Assembly (NCBI RefSeq): GCF_016432865.1
Contig: NC_067398.1
Span: forward strand, 930,001-994,000
Source: Antechinus flavipes
Taxonomy: Eukaryota
DNA: 64,000 nucleotides
Reading direction: 5' to 3'
Shown in pieces: positions 1 through 12,669 of the stretch. The notes beneath the pieces were generated by a model. The model saw only the letters and a list, made by a program, of their open reading frames with translations, did no database searches and was not told the origin of the DNA. The position numbers and the translations under genes are program-made. How positions within the stretch are numbered: the first letter of the stretch is position 1; each line of letters opens with the position of its first letter.

Positions 1-1790
1 CGGAGTACTTTCCCAGCCAAATATTCCCAGGTCTTTGGACGAGATCATTCGGGCTGTCCTCCCGGGTGCACTTAAGCTTGCCATTGGCCTTGAGCCACAT
101 CCCTGATTCCTGAGCACAGCGCTCCCTCGAGGTGTGGTCTGACCCGGCAGAAGATGGAGTGCATGATGAGCCCTTCATGCAGGGACTGCTGGAGCTCTGG
201 CCGGGCTTGTCCTTGAGGAGCATGGCACAGCACAGAGGGCACCAGGCTTGGCACGAGGGAAACCCGGATTCAAGTCTTGCCACAGACAGTTAGCATCCGG
301 GTGGCCCTGGCCATTCCACGCACTGGTGCCCCAATTCCCTCCTCTGTAAAATGGAGCTGATTCAGCGACCAGCACCCCATACACCCCGAGATCCACCTTT
401 GATCCTAGGACTCCGCCTCCTTGTCTCGATGCTCACCACTCTTCTCTTAAATGACCCATTTTGGAATCTTGGTCGGAATCCGCTCCCTTTTGGTCCAACC
501 CAACCGAGCCTGGTTTTGCCCGTCCTGTACGGGGCTAATTAGGTGTTGGAGTTTTTAAAGGAAAAGAAACCTTGACCTCAAGGAGCTTGCGCTGTAGTGG
601 GGGAATATGCAGAATGAGCCAATGGTCCTGGGGTGATGGAGATGCTGAATGGTGCAGTTTGTCTGGGACAGGGGACTCGTACACGGTCTCTCCCTGCCTC
701 TGGGGATTCACTTCCTTATTATCCATCCCACTTTCTAGGCCAAACAGCATTCTCCCTGGCATTAAGAGCAGAATTAAAAATAGGAATTGGGCACCTCTGA
801 CTCCTCTCTGTCATCTGTTATTATCCCATCAGCCGTGAGAAATTCATCCAGCTCTTGTTCAATTTTCTTTTCCACAGTCAAGCTTTCCTTTCTTAAGCAG
901 CCCTTTGGCGGTCTGGTCTCCTCGTCCCCGGATTCAATCCCCTTGAGATTTCAGTCCTTTCACTTCTCCTTCGGGATTGTGAGGTTTTAGAATTCATCCA
1001 TTCTTTAGATGTGCTTTGGTTAACATCTGAGTAGTTGGTGAGTCCCCCATCCATCGATCCGTTCACCCTGACAGCTTTCATCAAGGTCATTTACATCTTC
1101 AGAAAATCATTGCTGGGATTTTCGCTTCCCTTTGAGCTAACTTCAATAGAATTGTAGCCCGTGAAATTCCCCCCAACTCCCCGCAAGGTGACAGGATTGC
1201 TCCCCAAAGCTTAGGTATTTCTTCCACATGCCTAGATTTCTTCAGCTCTGCTATTATTCTGAGATCGCATTAGGGTCACTTTCCCTAAATATGCTTATAA
1301 TTTCTACTTCAACAGCCAGCTGCCCTTTGCTGGTCAGAATTAAATTCAATCTAGAAATTGCTCCCACTGTTTCCTCCATCGTTTAAAGAACAGGTTCCTC
1401 TCCCGGGGTTCATGAACTCGGTTTTGTAATCTTTTCTTGATTGTATTACAATATAATAGTTTTCCTTTTTAATCCTACATATTTTTATGGACTTAAAAAC
1501 ACGATTCAGAGAAGTGATTATAGGCTTCGCCACACTGTTAAAGAGTATTCATGACAGAAAAAAAAGATTAAGGATTTTAATTTTAAAAGATGAAATTTAA
1601 GGAAAATCACAGATGTCATACTTGTTCTACTTTTAACAGAAAACTCTGGAAGATAGTTGAAGAACTAAAGCTTCTGATAACTAGTATATCATGCCTCTGT
1701 ATTGTGTCTGTCAAGTTTTCTAAAGACCTAACTATTCTTCCCTCTGTCCAAGTGGTCTATAGTGTACTCTCGTGACAATGGTGTTTGCTC
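1..1790 (-). mobile_element. Degraded L3/CR1 LINE ORF2 fragments (1-250 and 740-1790), interrupted by MIR and L2 pieces
   Basis: Minus-strand translations IVTRVHYRPLGQREE, SRLNLILTSKGQLAVEVEII, ADGIITDDREESEVPNSYF, VRPHLE and KDLGIF resemble CR1 endonuclease and RT motifs; many stops and frameshifts. Confidence 0.75.
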
Positions 1791-2194
1791 CTTGATCTTT
1801 ATCCAAATACACTTTTATTTCTCCTCATGAACAATGCTACTTACTCCAACCCACTTCAGAATTACTGCTTTTGTTCTTTAAAAAAAAAGTTTTATCATTG
1901 TATTTGTCCATTACCATAATTTCTCTGTGTCCCAGAGAGCCATCCTATATAATAACAGTTACGAAAGATCAAAAAGGAAAAAAGAGGAAAGATCACTATA
2001 ATTGATCAATATATTGAAAAAGTCTGAAAATGTGTGTGTGAACTTGTGGACTTTCCAACCCTGCAAAGGGGTGGTTCTCATATCCCTTTTTTCAATCCAT
2101 GCTATCATTCTATAGTTTTACAACATTAATTTATTATCATTTTGGTAGTTCTGATTTACATTGTAGCAGTCATTGTACACATTGTTTTCTTAGC

Positions 2195-2806
2195 TGTTGT
2201 GGGCCAGAATGCTGAACTTGAAACAAAGGATTCTTACAAGGCACTAAGTCATTGGAATGGATAGAGACAATAGTTACCTAATTTAGCATGGTTCAGTAGG
2301 ATTGATTTAATCCTGCAAGGAGATGTTATGGGCCAGAAACAAGGTACTAAGTGGAATTGAGGAGACAGTGGTTAAATCTAGTTTAGCATTGATTTAATCC
2401 GACAACACATAATGGTTTCCTAGTGATAGAATGATTGGTTTGTACTCAGGGTGGAGCTTATAAGGGAGAAGCTTCAAACAGGGAGATTCAGAGACAAACG
2501 GACAGAAGGCTGGAGGCTGGAAGCTGGAGGCTGGAGTCCAAGCCCTTGGACTCAGACAGATTCATCCCATCTCACACTGCCTTGGTGGCAGACTTTCCTC
2601 CTTTTCCACTGAAACCAAGATCCAGAAGGCCTCCAGAAAACTAGCCGAGCCCCAAGTGAAGGAGACAAGACTTTGAAAGAGATAATAAAGGATCTGGACT
2701 TTAACCCCTGGCTATTCGTGTGGTGATTACTGAACAGAAACCGAGGCTGCCTCTAGAGACCCCAAGAAAACCCAAGAGAACATTACATTTTAGAGAGAAC
2801 ATTACA
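2195..2806 (+). mobile_element. Solo LTR of a class II (betaretrovirus-like) ERV
   Basis: TG...CA termini flanked by a perfect 6-bp TSD CTTAGC (2189-2194 and 2807-2812); AATAAA near 2684; alignable by eye with the LTR at 11956-12669. Confidence 0.85.
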
Positions 2807-3317
2807 CTTAGCTTTGATTACTCTACTTTGCATGAATTACATGAATGTAATGCAGAGCTTCTCAGACTTTTCTGCATTCATCACAACCCACTTTTCTTAC
2901 AGCACAGATTCCATTACACTTGGGGAGCACCATCGTGTGGCTATTTCCTAGTCAATGGGCATTGTTGCCATTTTTTTTGACTATCACAAAAAGTGCTATG
3001 AATATTTTTATATATTTAGGCACTTTTTTCTTATCAGTTGCTTCCTATTGGTATAAAAGCCCAGTAACAGAATCTCTGTATTTAATAGTATGGATTTTTA
3101 GTTACTTTATTTGCATAATTCTCAATTCCCTTTCAAAACAGTCATGTGAATTCACAGCTCCACCAACAATGTAGTAGTGTGTCTATCTTCCCACAACTTC
3201 TCCAACATTAACTTTTCAATCTTTGTCACCTTTACCAATTTTGCAGGATGGGAGGTAAGATTTTAAGGGTTTATTTCACAGCCTGAAATTTTGTTGAAGC
3301 TATTAACTGTTTTATTC

Positions 3318-3540
3318 AGCTAGGTCAGACCTGAGGGCAGGAGGACTCATCATCATGAGTTCAAATCCAGTCTCAGACACTAGCTATTTGACTCTGGACA
3401 AGTCATTTAATTCAGTTTGCCTCCGTTTTCTCATCTGTAAAATAAGCTGCAGAAGGAAATGGCAAACCATTCCAGTGTCTTTGCCAAGAAAATCCTAAAT
3501 AAGATCACGTAGAGTCAGATACAAATGAAATGATACAACC
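3318..3540 (+). mobile_element. MAR1-type CORE-RTE SINE
   Basis: B-box gagttcaaatcc, CORE ctcatctgtaaaat and RTE-derived tail gaaggaaatggcaaaccattccagtgtctttgccaagaaa. Confidence 0.75.
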
Positions 3541-5419
3541 ACATTGTCTCAGTATCGTTGCTAATTCTTTAAATTTTTCTAAGGCAACTATCATATTGCC
3601 AGCAAATAGGCATTGTCTTTTGTCCTCATGACCTATCTTTGGACTTTTAATTTCTTTCTTTTGTCTCATTATATTGCTAGGGTTCCAGAACCATATGAAA
3701 TAATAATGGAGAAAGTAAGCATCTTTGCTTTTCTTCTGAATTTATTAGAAAAAGTTCTAATGTATCTCTATTGCAGATGACACTTGATTTTAATTATATA
3801 TATATATGTATATATATAATATGCATATGTTTTAAGGATCTCTTTGAAATCCCTCTATATCTACACTTGTAGGGATGTTAGTATAAATGACCATTGTACT
3901 TTGTCAAAGGTTTTTCCCACATCTATTGAGATAGTCATGGGATTTTTTTTTATGTTTTTGCTTTTGATATGATTATATTGATTGTTTTCCAATGCTTCTG
4001 TCCTTGGTATACATCTGACTTAGTTAGGATGAATGATTTCTTGGAGGAATCATTAGTCTGTGTGATAGTTTTATTTAAAAGTTTTGAACCTATATTCATT
4101 AATAATATTGGTCTATGGTGCTTCCATTTCCCCCTTTCCTGGTTTTGGTATTAGGTCTATATTTGTCCCATAAAACAAATCTTGTAGGATTCTTTCTTTC
4201 CCAATTTTTGAGAATAATTTGTATAATACAGTCACGAAATGTTCTTTGAAAGTTTGAAACTATTCTGTGCTTCTATCAGGACCAGGAATTTTAATTGGTG
4301 ACAGTCATGGTAGTGGTGATAATTCCTTTACAGCTAGTCAAATTTCCTTTTATTGGACTGGATTGCTTATTATTTCTTTGTCTTCTATTGGGTTGAGTAT
4401 TGTATATTTTTAAAGGTGTTTCATTTCTTTTGTGTTCTCAGTTTTGTTAGCATATAACTGTGCATAATAGATTTTTTTCCTATGTGGGAGCCTATGTCCC
4501 AAATAATTATAATCATTAATTAATTAACTGATTAATAATTAAATTTCATTTTTTCCAATTAAAGTTTTTAGCATTCTTTTTTTTTAATTTGCATAGTAGA
4601 TTCTAATCATTCTTTTTCATTTCTTTTGGTTTTGTTGTATTTCACTTTTTAAATCTGTCATAGTGTTGATTTTATTTTTTTAGTCTTTTTTAAATCAGAC
4701 TGGCTAAAGACTTATAGATTGTTGTTGTTTTTGTTGTATGTCCTTTGTTCTCAAAGAGAATGATGACATCAGGGAGGTGATACCATGGCATTCAAGTGAA
4801 TTGGATTTGAGGGGGTGGGAGGAACTATGAGAGATCACCAGCCTCACTTTCTCCTCCAGAAACATCTGAGTCCAGCAATTATATTTGTCTTTTTAAAGAA
4901 TCGGCCTTTAGAGTAATTGATTTTTGCCACAACTTTTCAATTCCAATTGATCTTTTTCTCTTTTAATCTTTAATATTTTCTTTTTTTGAGCTCACTTTAG
5001 TTTGAGTATTTGTTGGCTTTAGAAGTTGCTAATGTATCAGTTCGTTATTCCTCTCTTTCTATTTCATTAATGCATAATGATTTTTTCCCTCTGACGACTA
5101 CTTTAGCTACACCACAGATTTTAGTCTGTTGTTTCTTCATGATCATTTTCTTTCATTTCATTCTTCATAATGTCTCTAGTTGTTCTTTGACAACTGTGTC
5201 CATTTGGGTCTGTACTCCCTTAAACAGATTACCATATCGATAGTATTATGACCTATAAATGATGTGCTTACTATTTTTGCCTGTTTATAGTTGTTTTTAT
5301 TATCTTTATGCCCTCATACATAGTCTATTTTTGTAAAAGTTTCATGTGCTAAATGACTAATATGGAAATGTTTGACATAATTGCACATGGATGACCTACA
5401 TCTGATTACTTAGCATCTG

Positions 5420-5835
5420 GCGTGAGGAGAGAGAGAATTTGGAACCTAAAACTTTAAATTTAAAATTTGGAAAAAAAAATAAAGTTTTGAGTTCCAAATT
5501 CTCTTTCTCCTTCTCCTTCTCCTTCCCCTGCAAGATGGCAAGCAATCAGATACAGGTTATGCACAATCATGTAAAACATTTTCACATTCATCACTTTGTA
5601 CAAGATGACTTGAATAAAAGAAAAAAGTGAGAAAAAGTGAAAAGTGCAACCTTCAGTCTACACTCAGCTAACATCAGTTCTTTCTCTGGGGGCAGGCAGT
5701 ACTCTTCAACACGAGTCCTTTGGGATTGTCTCGGATCATTAGATTGCTGAGAAGAGCTAAGTCATTCCCAGTTCTTCACTGTACAAAATGCTGTCACTGT
5801 GCACGCCGTTCTCCTGGTTCTGTTCCTCCACTAGG
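5420..5835 (-). mobile_element. Marsupial L1 3' UTR fragment
   Basis: agatggcaagcaatcagatacagg and gctgagaagagctaagtcatt segments typical of antisense marsupial L1 3' ends. Confidence 0.65.
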
Positions 5836-6537
5836 GTTCGGAACTCAAAACTTGAAATAAAAGTTCCATGTACTCTGAGAATCCCCTCCCTCCCCCAGGA
5901 TGAGGCTCTCTAGTCTCAATGTGAGCTCACAGAGGGAGATGGCGGCCAAAGAAGCTAACGATCTTGGGTCCTGTGAGGGGACGGAATCCCAGATGCAGAC
6001 TGCACTGGGCCCCAGTCAGGCTGAAGCAATTGGGGTTCAGTGACTTGCCAGGGTCACACAGCCAGGACGGTCAAGTAATAAAATGGATTTTTAAAAACGA
6101 AAGAAAACAGAGCGCGGGTCCCCCAAACACGACCACGAGCCCGGAATCGCACACAGAGAGATGGCCACATACACTCAAAGCAAACCAGCCACTGCTTTTA
6201 CAAGTCAATGTCTCATTATTTCAGAAGGAACTAAGCTGTGACTAGCCAGAGTGATGTAATGTGGGAAACGTCATCCCGCGTCGGGAGCCTTCATGAGAGA
6301 GCATTGGGAGTGGGGGCCGTCCCTCTGTGGCACCATCCGCTCCTTCCAGGGGGCTGCCCATGGCTCCTGCCCAGGGTGTTAGCTCCCGCAGCCCACGAAT
6401 CGCCTGCCCTCTTCCCGCGGCCCGAGAGGAATGCCGCAGTCCCGCACCCACCATGTGCAATCTGCTTCTCATCTAGATGGGATTGCACCGTTAAGCAATA
6501 ATCAAATAAGCCACCTAAAAAAAAAATCCACATCATC

Positions 6538-7120
6538 GACTCACGCTTGGCCCTTTCCTCACTGGCCGCCCCTCATGCTTGGCCCTTTCCTTGGGCCCCA
6601 TGGGCCGCCCCTCACGCTTGGCCCTTTCCTTGGGCCCCACTGGCTGCCCTTCACGCTTGGCCCTCTCCTCACTGGCCGCCCCTCACGCTCGGCCCTTTCC
6701 TCACTGACCGCTCCTCACGCTCGGCCCTTTCCTCACTGACCGCTCCTCACGCTCGGCCCTTTCCTCACTGGCCGCCCCTCACGCTTGGCCCTTTCCTTGG
6801 GCCCCACTGGCTGCCCTTCACGCTTGGCCCTCTCCTCACTGGCCGCCCCTCACGCTCGGCCCTTTCCTCACTGACCGCTCCTCACGCTCGGCCCTTTCCT
6901 CACTGGCCGCCCCTCACGCTTGGCCCTTTCCTTGGGCCCCGCCAGCTCCCCTTCACGCTTGGCCCTTTCCTTGGGCCCCGCCAGCTCCCCTTCACGCTTG
7001 GCCCTTTCCTTGGGCCCCGCCAGCTCCCCTTCACGCTTGGCCCTTTCCTCACTGGCCGCCCCTCATGCTTGGCCCTTTCCTTGGGCCTGCTGGCTGGCCA
7101 TCCCTTACTCTTGGCCCTTT
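6538..7120. repeat. Minisatellite, about 32-bp unit GGCCCTTTCCTCACTGGCCGCCCCTCACGCTT with longer variants
   Basis: Directly visible tandem units; explains ORFs 6431-7290. Confidence 0.95.
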
Positions 7121-10100
7121 CCCCAGGCCAGCCTTGGGGCTCTCGATGCTTCAATCCCTTGGTGCCCAGTGGTTGCCACAGTGAAGGGAAGGAAGCTTTG
7201 ACCAGACAGGAGCCAGATTGTGACGGGTCAGTAGGACAAGAAGCAGGCTGGGGATGGGGGGGAGAGAGGCGAGATGAGTCCGAGGGCTGACTGGGCAACA
7301 GGGAGGACTGTGTCCCCTCCGGGGGGGCACACTTTGAAAGGAAGAAGGGCAGCTTTGGGACAGACCGACCAAGTGGGAGATGCCTGAGGGACGTCCCCTT
7401 AGGAGTGGGCAGCAGGCAAATGGTGATGAGTCTGGGGAAGGCTGGCGGCTGGGAAAGGGGTGTGTGGGGGTCTTTGGAGGAGCTGATAGTTAAACCAATG
7501 GGGGTGATGAGGGTACCAAGGAGGTACAGAGAGAGAAGAAAGAAGAAGAGAATCTGGACACAATTATGGGGGCCCCAACCCTCTGAGCCCCTGCACGAGG
7601 GCCATCAGGGCTGCCGCCTTGGGTCATTTGTCACGGACACCTCCCGGCCGCCTCTCCTGCAGCCCTCCGTGATTGTGAGCCGGCCTCCCCTTCCCCACAG
7701 TTCAGGGTCTGTCACCGCGGCAGAGCCGCCCCAGGTCCGCCCATCTCTGGCAGGGCCGTCGCCGGGTCCTGCTGCGAGTTTGAAGGGCAGAATTTGTTTC
7801 TAGCCAATTCTCAGAACAGAGAAGCGGGGAGCAGTTGAGGACACTGGCAGAGGAAGGCCGGGATGCTGGGAACGTCTGACTCCGGGCTAATTCTGAATAA
7901 TGAGGGGGAAATTGCTAGTGTCAGTAAATACAAGGAGCCTGGAAATGCTTGATGGCTGGGAGGTCACTGGCGGGAGCCCTGGGAACCAGGGGTCAGGGCC
8001 GGACGGGCATTGGCAGTGGCTCGGGGGACGGAAAATCCGCCTGTTCTGTTAAAGCGAGGCTTTCCCAGGAGGCCGGGGAAGTATTTCCTGCCCCCGGAGC
8101 CGGCTGGAGCTTCCTGGGAAAGCCGGGCTGTCTTGTCCATGTCCTGGCCATCAGGCCGGCTCCGGCCATCAGCACGCTCAGGGGGCGCCCGTTTCCTGAA
8201 ATAATGGCTCATCCTCTGCCTGCGGGGGGACGCCTCTGGGGAGGACTCCTGAGCCAGTCACTATGGCCACCCCTGTGGGGACCCAGGGGCATGGCCTGGT
8301 AGGGGGCTGGTGAAAGGTGGCCCTCGTAGTTTGGGGGGCACTGGGCATGGGCCACACTCTAAGGGGTGAGCTTTCTCTGGAAAGTTGGGGCGCTCCTGCG
8401 CTGGATCCCGGAGCAGGAATTGCCGTTTGTGTGCCGGGCGCTGGGCTAGGCCCACCACTGGTCTGTTGCTGTGCAGCCCAGTCCCCAAAAGGGCCCCCAG
8501 ACTCCCTAGGGCCCTGGAGCTCCCCTCTGCTCCCCAGAGCCGACCTGGGAGCAGCCTCAGGGCCCCTGCCTTCCTTCTCCAGGTACCTGGTAATAAATGA
8601 CCAGAAGGAAAGATGATGGGTGCGAACCTCTGCCAAGAGCCGGCGCCCCGGGGTGGGAGATGGAAACAGGAAAACCTGGCTCGCTGCAACCCCCCCAAGA
8701 TGCTGCAGACCCCAGCCCACCACCCCTCCCCCCGGAGCAATGAGCCCTCGCCAGTTCTGCTGGACCAGGATCCCCAGACCTCTGTCACTGGGCCGGGATC
8801 CCAGTGAGGGGCCTTTCCCTAAGGGAGTCCCAGGGGCAGAGACGTCCCCAGCCAGCAGAAGGGGCTCCTCCCGGCGTCGGGTCAGAGGAGATTCTGAAGC
8901 TGGGGACATCTCTAGGGCAGGGCCCAGCAGGCGGTGACCGGAGGCAAACAGGCCATCTCACTGGCACTGGCCAAGGCCCTGACCTTCCAGGAAAGGAGAG
9001 GGCCAGGCCAGTGGCCCTCGGGACAAAGCCGGGCCAGGGGCCGAGAAGCTCTGCCCTGGGGCAGGGCTGGAAACGGGCGACATCCTCCTGGGCACTAGAC
9101 CCTGAGGTTACACTCCAAGTGGCTCCATCCCTCGTTGGGATACCCCATTGTCCGCGGCAACCTCTGCCATGACAGGAGGGTAGGAGGCAGCCTGCCCCCC
9201 CTAGACAAGGAGCAGAAATCCCCCAGGGCAGGGCGAGAGGAGGAGGCTGGAGACACGGGCCAGGCCGTCCATGGCCCAGGACCCCCCCCCACCCGACAAG
9301 CACTGCCTTTAGTCTGTCTCTGAATCCCCAGCATGGAACATGGTACCTGGCCCGAGAGCCCTGGCCCGAGGGCCCTGTCCCCAGCGGCCTGGCGCAAGCT
9401 CCCTGTCCCCTGTATCCTGCCTGAGGGCCCTGCCCCCAGAGGCCTGTCCCCTGCGCCCTGGCTTGGCCGGAGGGCCTGGGCGTGGTTGGACTGCCCGGTT
9501 CCTCATAAGTCAAAGAACGGCGCAGACTCTGGCCGTGTGGATGGATAAAGGTGTTGATTCAGTAAAGGTCAATAAAGGTGACTCTGAGGGACCAATGGCG
9601 CCGGCCTTGTGCCTCGAGGTTCACCAGGGCTTGACAGTGAGGTCTTCACTGGCTCCTTCGGCGGGAGGTAGGAGTTGTCCAAGGCCACGCGGCCGGTTGG
9701 CATCTGAGGGAGGACTGGAACTCAGGACTTCCTCACTGTAGTAAGTGTGCCACTGGGCCCCCTTGGTGATGGCGGACTCCAGGCTGGGCAGGACCGCAAG
9801 GGGCTCCATGGTGCCCCTGGGAAACCCAGCATTAAGCCTACATTCTGTGGCACGTTCCAGGTTGCCCTGGATCAACACGTTCCCTCGCCCCGGAGGGCGA
9901 CTTTCCAGGGATACCCATCCCGAGCACAAGGTTGACACGCCCCCACCGGCCCAAAGAAGTTGGGGAGAGGAGGGGGTCAGATTGACCGCCGGACTGCAGG
10001 GCCAGGGACCCATGTGCTGACCTGTCCTGTGCCATGGCTCAGGTACCAGCGCCACACCGGCAGCCAGAAGCTCTGCCATCTGAACTGTCTCAGGGGATTC

Positions 10101-10136
10101 TGAAGCCTGCCTGGCAGGGGAAGGGAGCGGCCACCC

Positions 10137-12669
10137 CTCGGTTGCATTTTGGACATGGGATTTTGGGTTTTCTCTCACCCTGTCTTCTCATTCTATCTCC
10201 ATATCTACAATGAGCTCTCAAATGTCCAACTTTTCCACACTGAAAGCATCTATGAGTTTCTCTAGAATTCCTTTGCCAAGAAGGACCTTGTCTTTCCATG
10301 TTCATCATAGTTTGGGCATAATAAGCATTTGTGCCCACTGTCGCACAGCATCTTATGATCTCCTCTAAAGGAGCATCTTTGTCTAGCCCCCATATAATTC
10401 TTTTGCAAACCTCATTGGCATTTTCCTTAGCCAAATGTCTAGTCATTATTTCTGTTACTGAATTGTCTCCAATGGTTCTTGTTACAGCTGTTTGCAAATG
10501 TGAATTTGTACAAAATCTGCAAAAGGTTCACTGGGACCTTGCTCTATTTTTGTAAAAGCTTTACTTCCATCTTGCTGTCCAGGGAAAGAATTCCAAGCTT
10601 TTATTGCAGCCTTAGAAACTTGCTCATACACTGTTATGGGATAATAAATCTGTTCTGAATTCTCTCTATACTGACCTTGACCAGCTAGTTGGTCAAAAGC
10701 GATTTGTCCAATAGCTCCTGTTTGCCTATTGCGTTGGGCTTGAATCCTACATAATTTATGAAACTCCAAAAGCCACAATAAATTTTGTCCCGGTTCTAGA
10801 CATGTCTTAGCTATGGATTTTCAGTCATTCGGGGTTAAGATTTCATAAGACAAATTATCTAGTAACATCTTCACATAAGATGATGTAGCCCCATAACGAG
10901 TGCAACCCTTTTTCAAACCTTTAATTTTTTCCAAATTAAAAGGAGTGACCTGAAGAATCAAGTTTTTCAATTACAGGATATGCATTTATAAAATCATATA
11001 TATCTTCTCCTTCATTTTTTGCTTTAATTAATGCCTCTTCTAATCTTGTCGTATTCTGCTTTACAGGAGAAGCTGACTGTGTTTCTACCTCTCTTCCTCC
11101 CCCTTCTTTCTCCACCCATGAAGGGTTAATTGAAGGGGGAGGGTCATGAGGTGTGAAATGATCTAATTCCCCCTGCTGTCTAGTATCACACTCAGAATTG
11201 TAATTAACTCCATTCTCATCTGATTCGTCTTCCTTTTCACCTAGTAAAGTTGACACTTCTCCCTCCTACACTTTCTTTTTCTTCATTCTAACACTTAAAT
11301 AACTTCTTATAGCCAATTGTATTAAATTGTAGGTATTAATTATGTCTTTGGAAATTGAGTTAAGTCCATTTTTATTATAGAACTTACAAAGATCCTCTCC
11401 TACTAATTCCCATCCATCTAGATCCAGTTTTTTTTTCCAGAGAGAAACAAGGACATATGTGCTTTACAGTTTTTAAAAGTTCAGTGATCTGCTCCAAAAT
11501 TATTTTTTTTCCAAAATTATAATCAAACCTTGGCTTTCCATAACTTTGACAATGCTCTCTAAACATTTTCCTTGAACAGAAACAGGCTGTTTTCTAAATA
11601 TCTGTCCCATCTTAGCTGAAATTCTACTTTAACTCTTTTAACAACATTTCTTTGTTTTTTTTTTCTTTTTCCTTTTTTCTTTTTATTTTTATTTAATAAT
11701 TACTTTATATTGACACTCGTTTCTGTTCCAATTTTTTTTCCCTCCCTCCCTCCCTCCACCCCCTCCCCTAGATGGCAAGCAGTCCTTTATATGTTGGATA
11801 TGAACAACATTTCTTTGTTGTACTCACCCTAATTTCTGGGTTGAAGAGTCTTTTCCACTGGAGTCAGGATCAGAGGCTTTTCCACTGGATCAGGATCAGA
11901 GCTTTTCCACTGAAATCCACTGAGGGGTCTGTCAGTCCCTGTTCAGGGGCCAAAATGTTGGAGTTCTTGTTCTTCTTTAAAATATAATACATAGATGGTT
12001 CTCTCTGGGTGAGAGCAGGTTTCTCGGGGAGGTTTTCTGGAGGCAGCCTTAGTTTCACTCAAAGGTAACAATCACTCAAATGCAGCCAGCTGGTAAAAAT
12101 GCAAACGTTTATTTTCTCCTTCCAAAATAGCCCGGTTAGTTGAGACCTATCTCTCTGCTTGGTTCTAAGAGCTCTTGCAGATTGTCCTTTGCTTCTGTCT
12201 CCACTTTCTCCAGCCTCCAGCCAGCCAAGTGGAAAATGGAATGAATCTCTCTTGCCTCAGAGGGAGGGCTTGTAGCTCTCAATCTCCCAGAGTGTTCGGT
12301 GTCTGTCCCAGCGTGCTCCTCTCCAATCTAATTCAGCTGAACTCTCTTAACTGGGCCTCTGCTTTCTTCTTATATATTAGAGTGGGATTATGGGTTTTCT
12401 CCCATAGTGCTCTCTGGCCCTAAGAGCTTCAAGGGATGTGTGAATTCGGATATCTCATACTAAACCCTGAAATCTCCCAAACGTGTCAACTCCAATGAGT
12501 AAAGGTGTGAACACAAGCATTGTATCAATTAGTTCTACTTAGTACCTTGTTTCAGGTTCTGGCCCAAAACATCTTTTAAGATCAGATCAATGATACTGAA
12601 TGATGCTAAATTAGATAATTATTTGTCTCTATCAACTCTAATGACTTAATAGTTTGTAAAGATTCCAAC
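10137..12669 (-). mobile_element. Truncated class II ERV: 5' LTR (11956-12669), tRNA-Lys PBS (11935-11952), disrupted gag; pro, pol, env and 3' LTR absent
   Basis: PBS on the minus strand TGGCCCCTGAACAGGGAC (2 mismatches to Lys TGGCGCCCGAACAGGGAC) follows an LTR ending CCAACA. Gag pieces include MHR QGPSEPFADFV, zinc knuckle CFQCGKVGHLRAHC and a second knuckle cut at CPKCNRG; frameshifted. Confidence 0.9.
11657..11802 (-). mobile_element. 5'-truncated L1 3' end inserted into the ERV leader
   Basis: Poly-T head, L1 3' UTR sequence, perfect 17-bp TSD AACAACATTTCTTTGTT at 11640-11656 and 11803-11819. Confidence 0.85.

Larger units (their letters stand above)
1860..5400 (-). mobile_element. Old L1 remnant (3' end plus ORF2), with nested solo LTR, MAR1 and RTE fragments
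   Basis: AT-rich sequence typical of antisense L1 ORF2 and marsupial L1 3' UTR; continuity across the inserted elements. Confidence 0.7.

Noticed and set aside
1351-1533. Minus-strand ORF MAKPIITSLNRVFK as a possible neighbouring gene
   Set aside because: Lies within the L3/CR1 remnant; adjacent frames give the CR1 endonuclease motifs.
10090-11566. Domesticated gag gene (PEG10-like idea, given the syntenic region)
   Set aside because: Gag is split by frameshifts and stops and truncated; it is betaretroviral with an LTR and PBS, not sushi-ichi/Ty3 derived.
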